The position numbers were made by a program, and so were the translations under genes. The notes under the pieces are model-generated. The model saw nothing but the letters and a program-made list of their open reading frames with translations, was not told the DNA's origin and did no database searches. Positions 63,284-64,000 of a DNA stretch of 64,000 nucleotides are shown piece after piece (within the stretch, counting starts at the first letter, position 1; the number at the start of each line of letters is the position of its first letter). Source of the DNA: Heptranchias perlo (taxonomy: Eukaryota); assembly GCF_035084215.1 (NCBI RefSeq), contig NC_090328.1:6014001-6078000 (forward strand), read 5' to 3'.

Positions 63284-64000
63284 CTGAGATAGAGAAGGGT
63301 TTCAAAGAATGTATATTATTCAGTCTCACAGTGTATTAAACACAGTTTATACGACATGTATGAAGACCAAAGCCATTGTCTTCGGCCCCCACCGCAAACT
63401 CCATTCACCCCGGCCACCAACACCAACCCCCTCCCTGGCCACGGTCTGAGTCTGAACCAGACCGTTCGTAACCTTGGCGTCCTATTTGACCCTGAGATCA
63501 GCTTACGACCACATGTCCACTCCATCACCAAGACCGCCTACTTCCCCCTCCGTAACATCGCCCGTCTCCGCCCCTGCCTCAGCTCATCTGCTGCTGAAAC
63601 CCACATCCACGTCTTTGCTGTGACACCGTACCAGTAATAATATTGTAAACAGGGACACTTCCAGGTTCCTGTGGATCTATCAAGATACAAAAACATAAGG
63701 TAGTATGGAATAAGAATTCTTTTTAATGGAGAAACATAGGTGAAAGGACCATAGTACAGGACCCCATCAAGGCCAAAAACTACAGCAGAAAATTGGGTAA
63801 ATTATAGAATCATAGAAAGGTTACAGCACGGAAGGAGGCCATTCGCCCATTGAGTGCGCAATGCAAGAGCAGTCCAGCCAGTCCCACTCCCCCTCCCTAT
63901 CCCTGTAGCACTGCAATTTTTTTCCTTTCAAGTACTTATCCAGTTCCCTTTTGAAGTCCATGATTGAATCTGCCTCCACCACCCCCTCAGGCAGTGCATT

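Overview
Eukaryotic (vertebrate) genomic DNA. The repeat content (two CR1 LINE families, L2 fragments, tRNA-headed Deu-domain SINEs of SacSINE1 type, Penelope remnants) points to a shark or other cartilaginous fish. Almost all ORFs in the supplied track are retroelement fragments or tandem-repeat artefacts. The host content is two convergent, intron-split Ig-superfamily receptor genes resembling Siglec-15 (V-set + C2-set + TM). Gene A (+) has a leader exon at 12169-12220, a V exon that keeps the YFCR arginine, a C2-TM exon and short tail exons carrying SxYxxV/SxYxxL motifs; a cluster of NF-kB, ETS and ISRE motifs lies upstream. Gene B (-) has a V exon at 62924-63283 with Arg->His, a C2-TM exon, an array of duplicated 24/25-nt and 38-nt tail exon candidates spread over about 28 kb, and a terminal exon AIYAAV ending at 33550; its leader was not found in the window. 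Neither gene has the mid-TM lysine that Siglec-15 uses for DAP12, so they look like inhibitory-type Siglec-15 paralogues. Also present: local segmental duplications with reciprocal filled/empty LINE sites, two Penelope-derived insertions with minimal hammerhead ribozymes, a Harbinger Myb remnant holding a solo LTR, hAT and Harbinger MITEs, and four tandem-repeat arrays. Exon models come from manual splice-site and phase reading, family assignments from recalled sequence motifs, and repeat boundaries are approximate.
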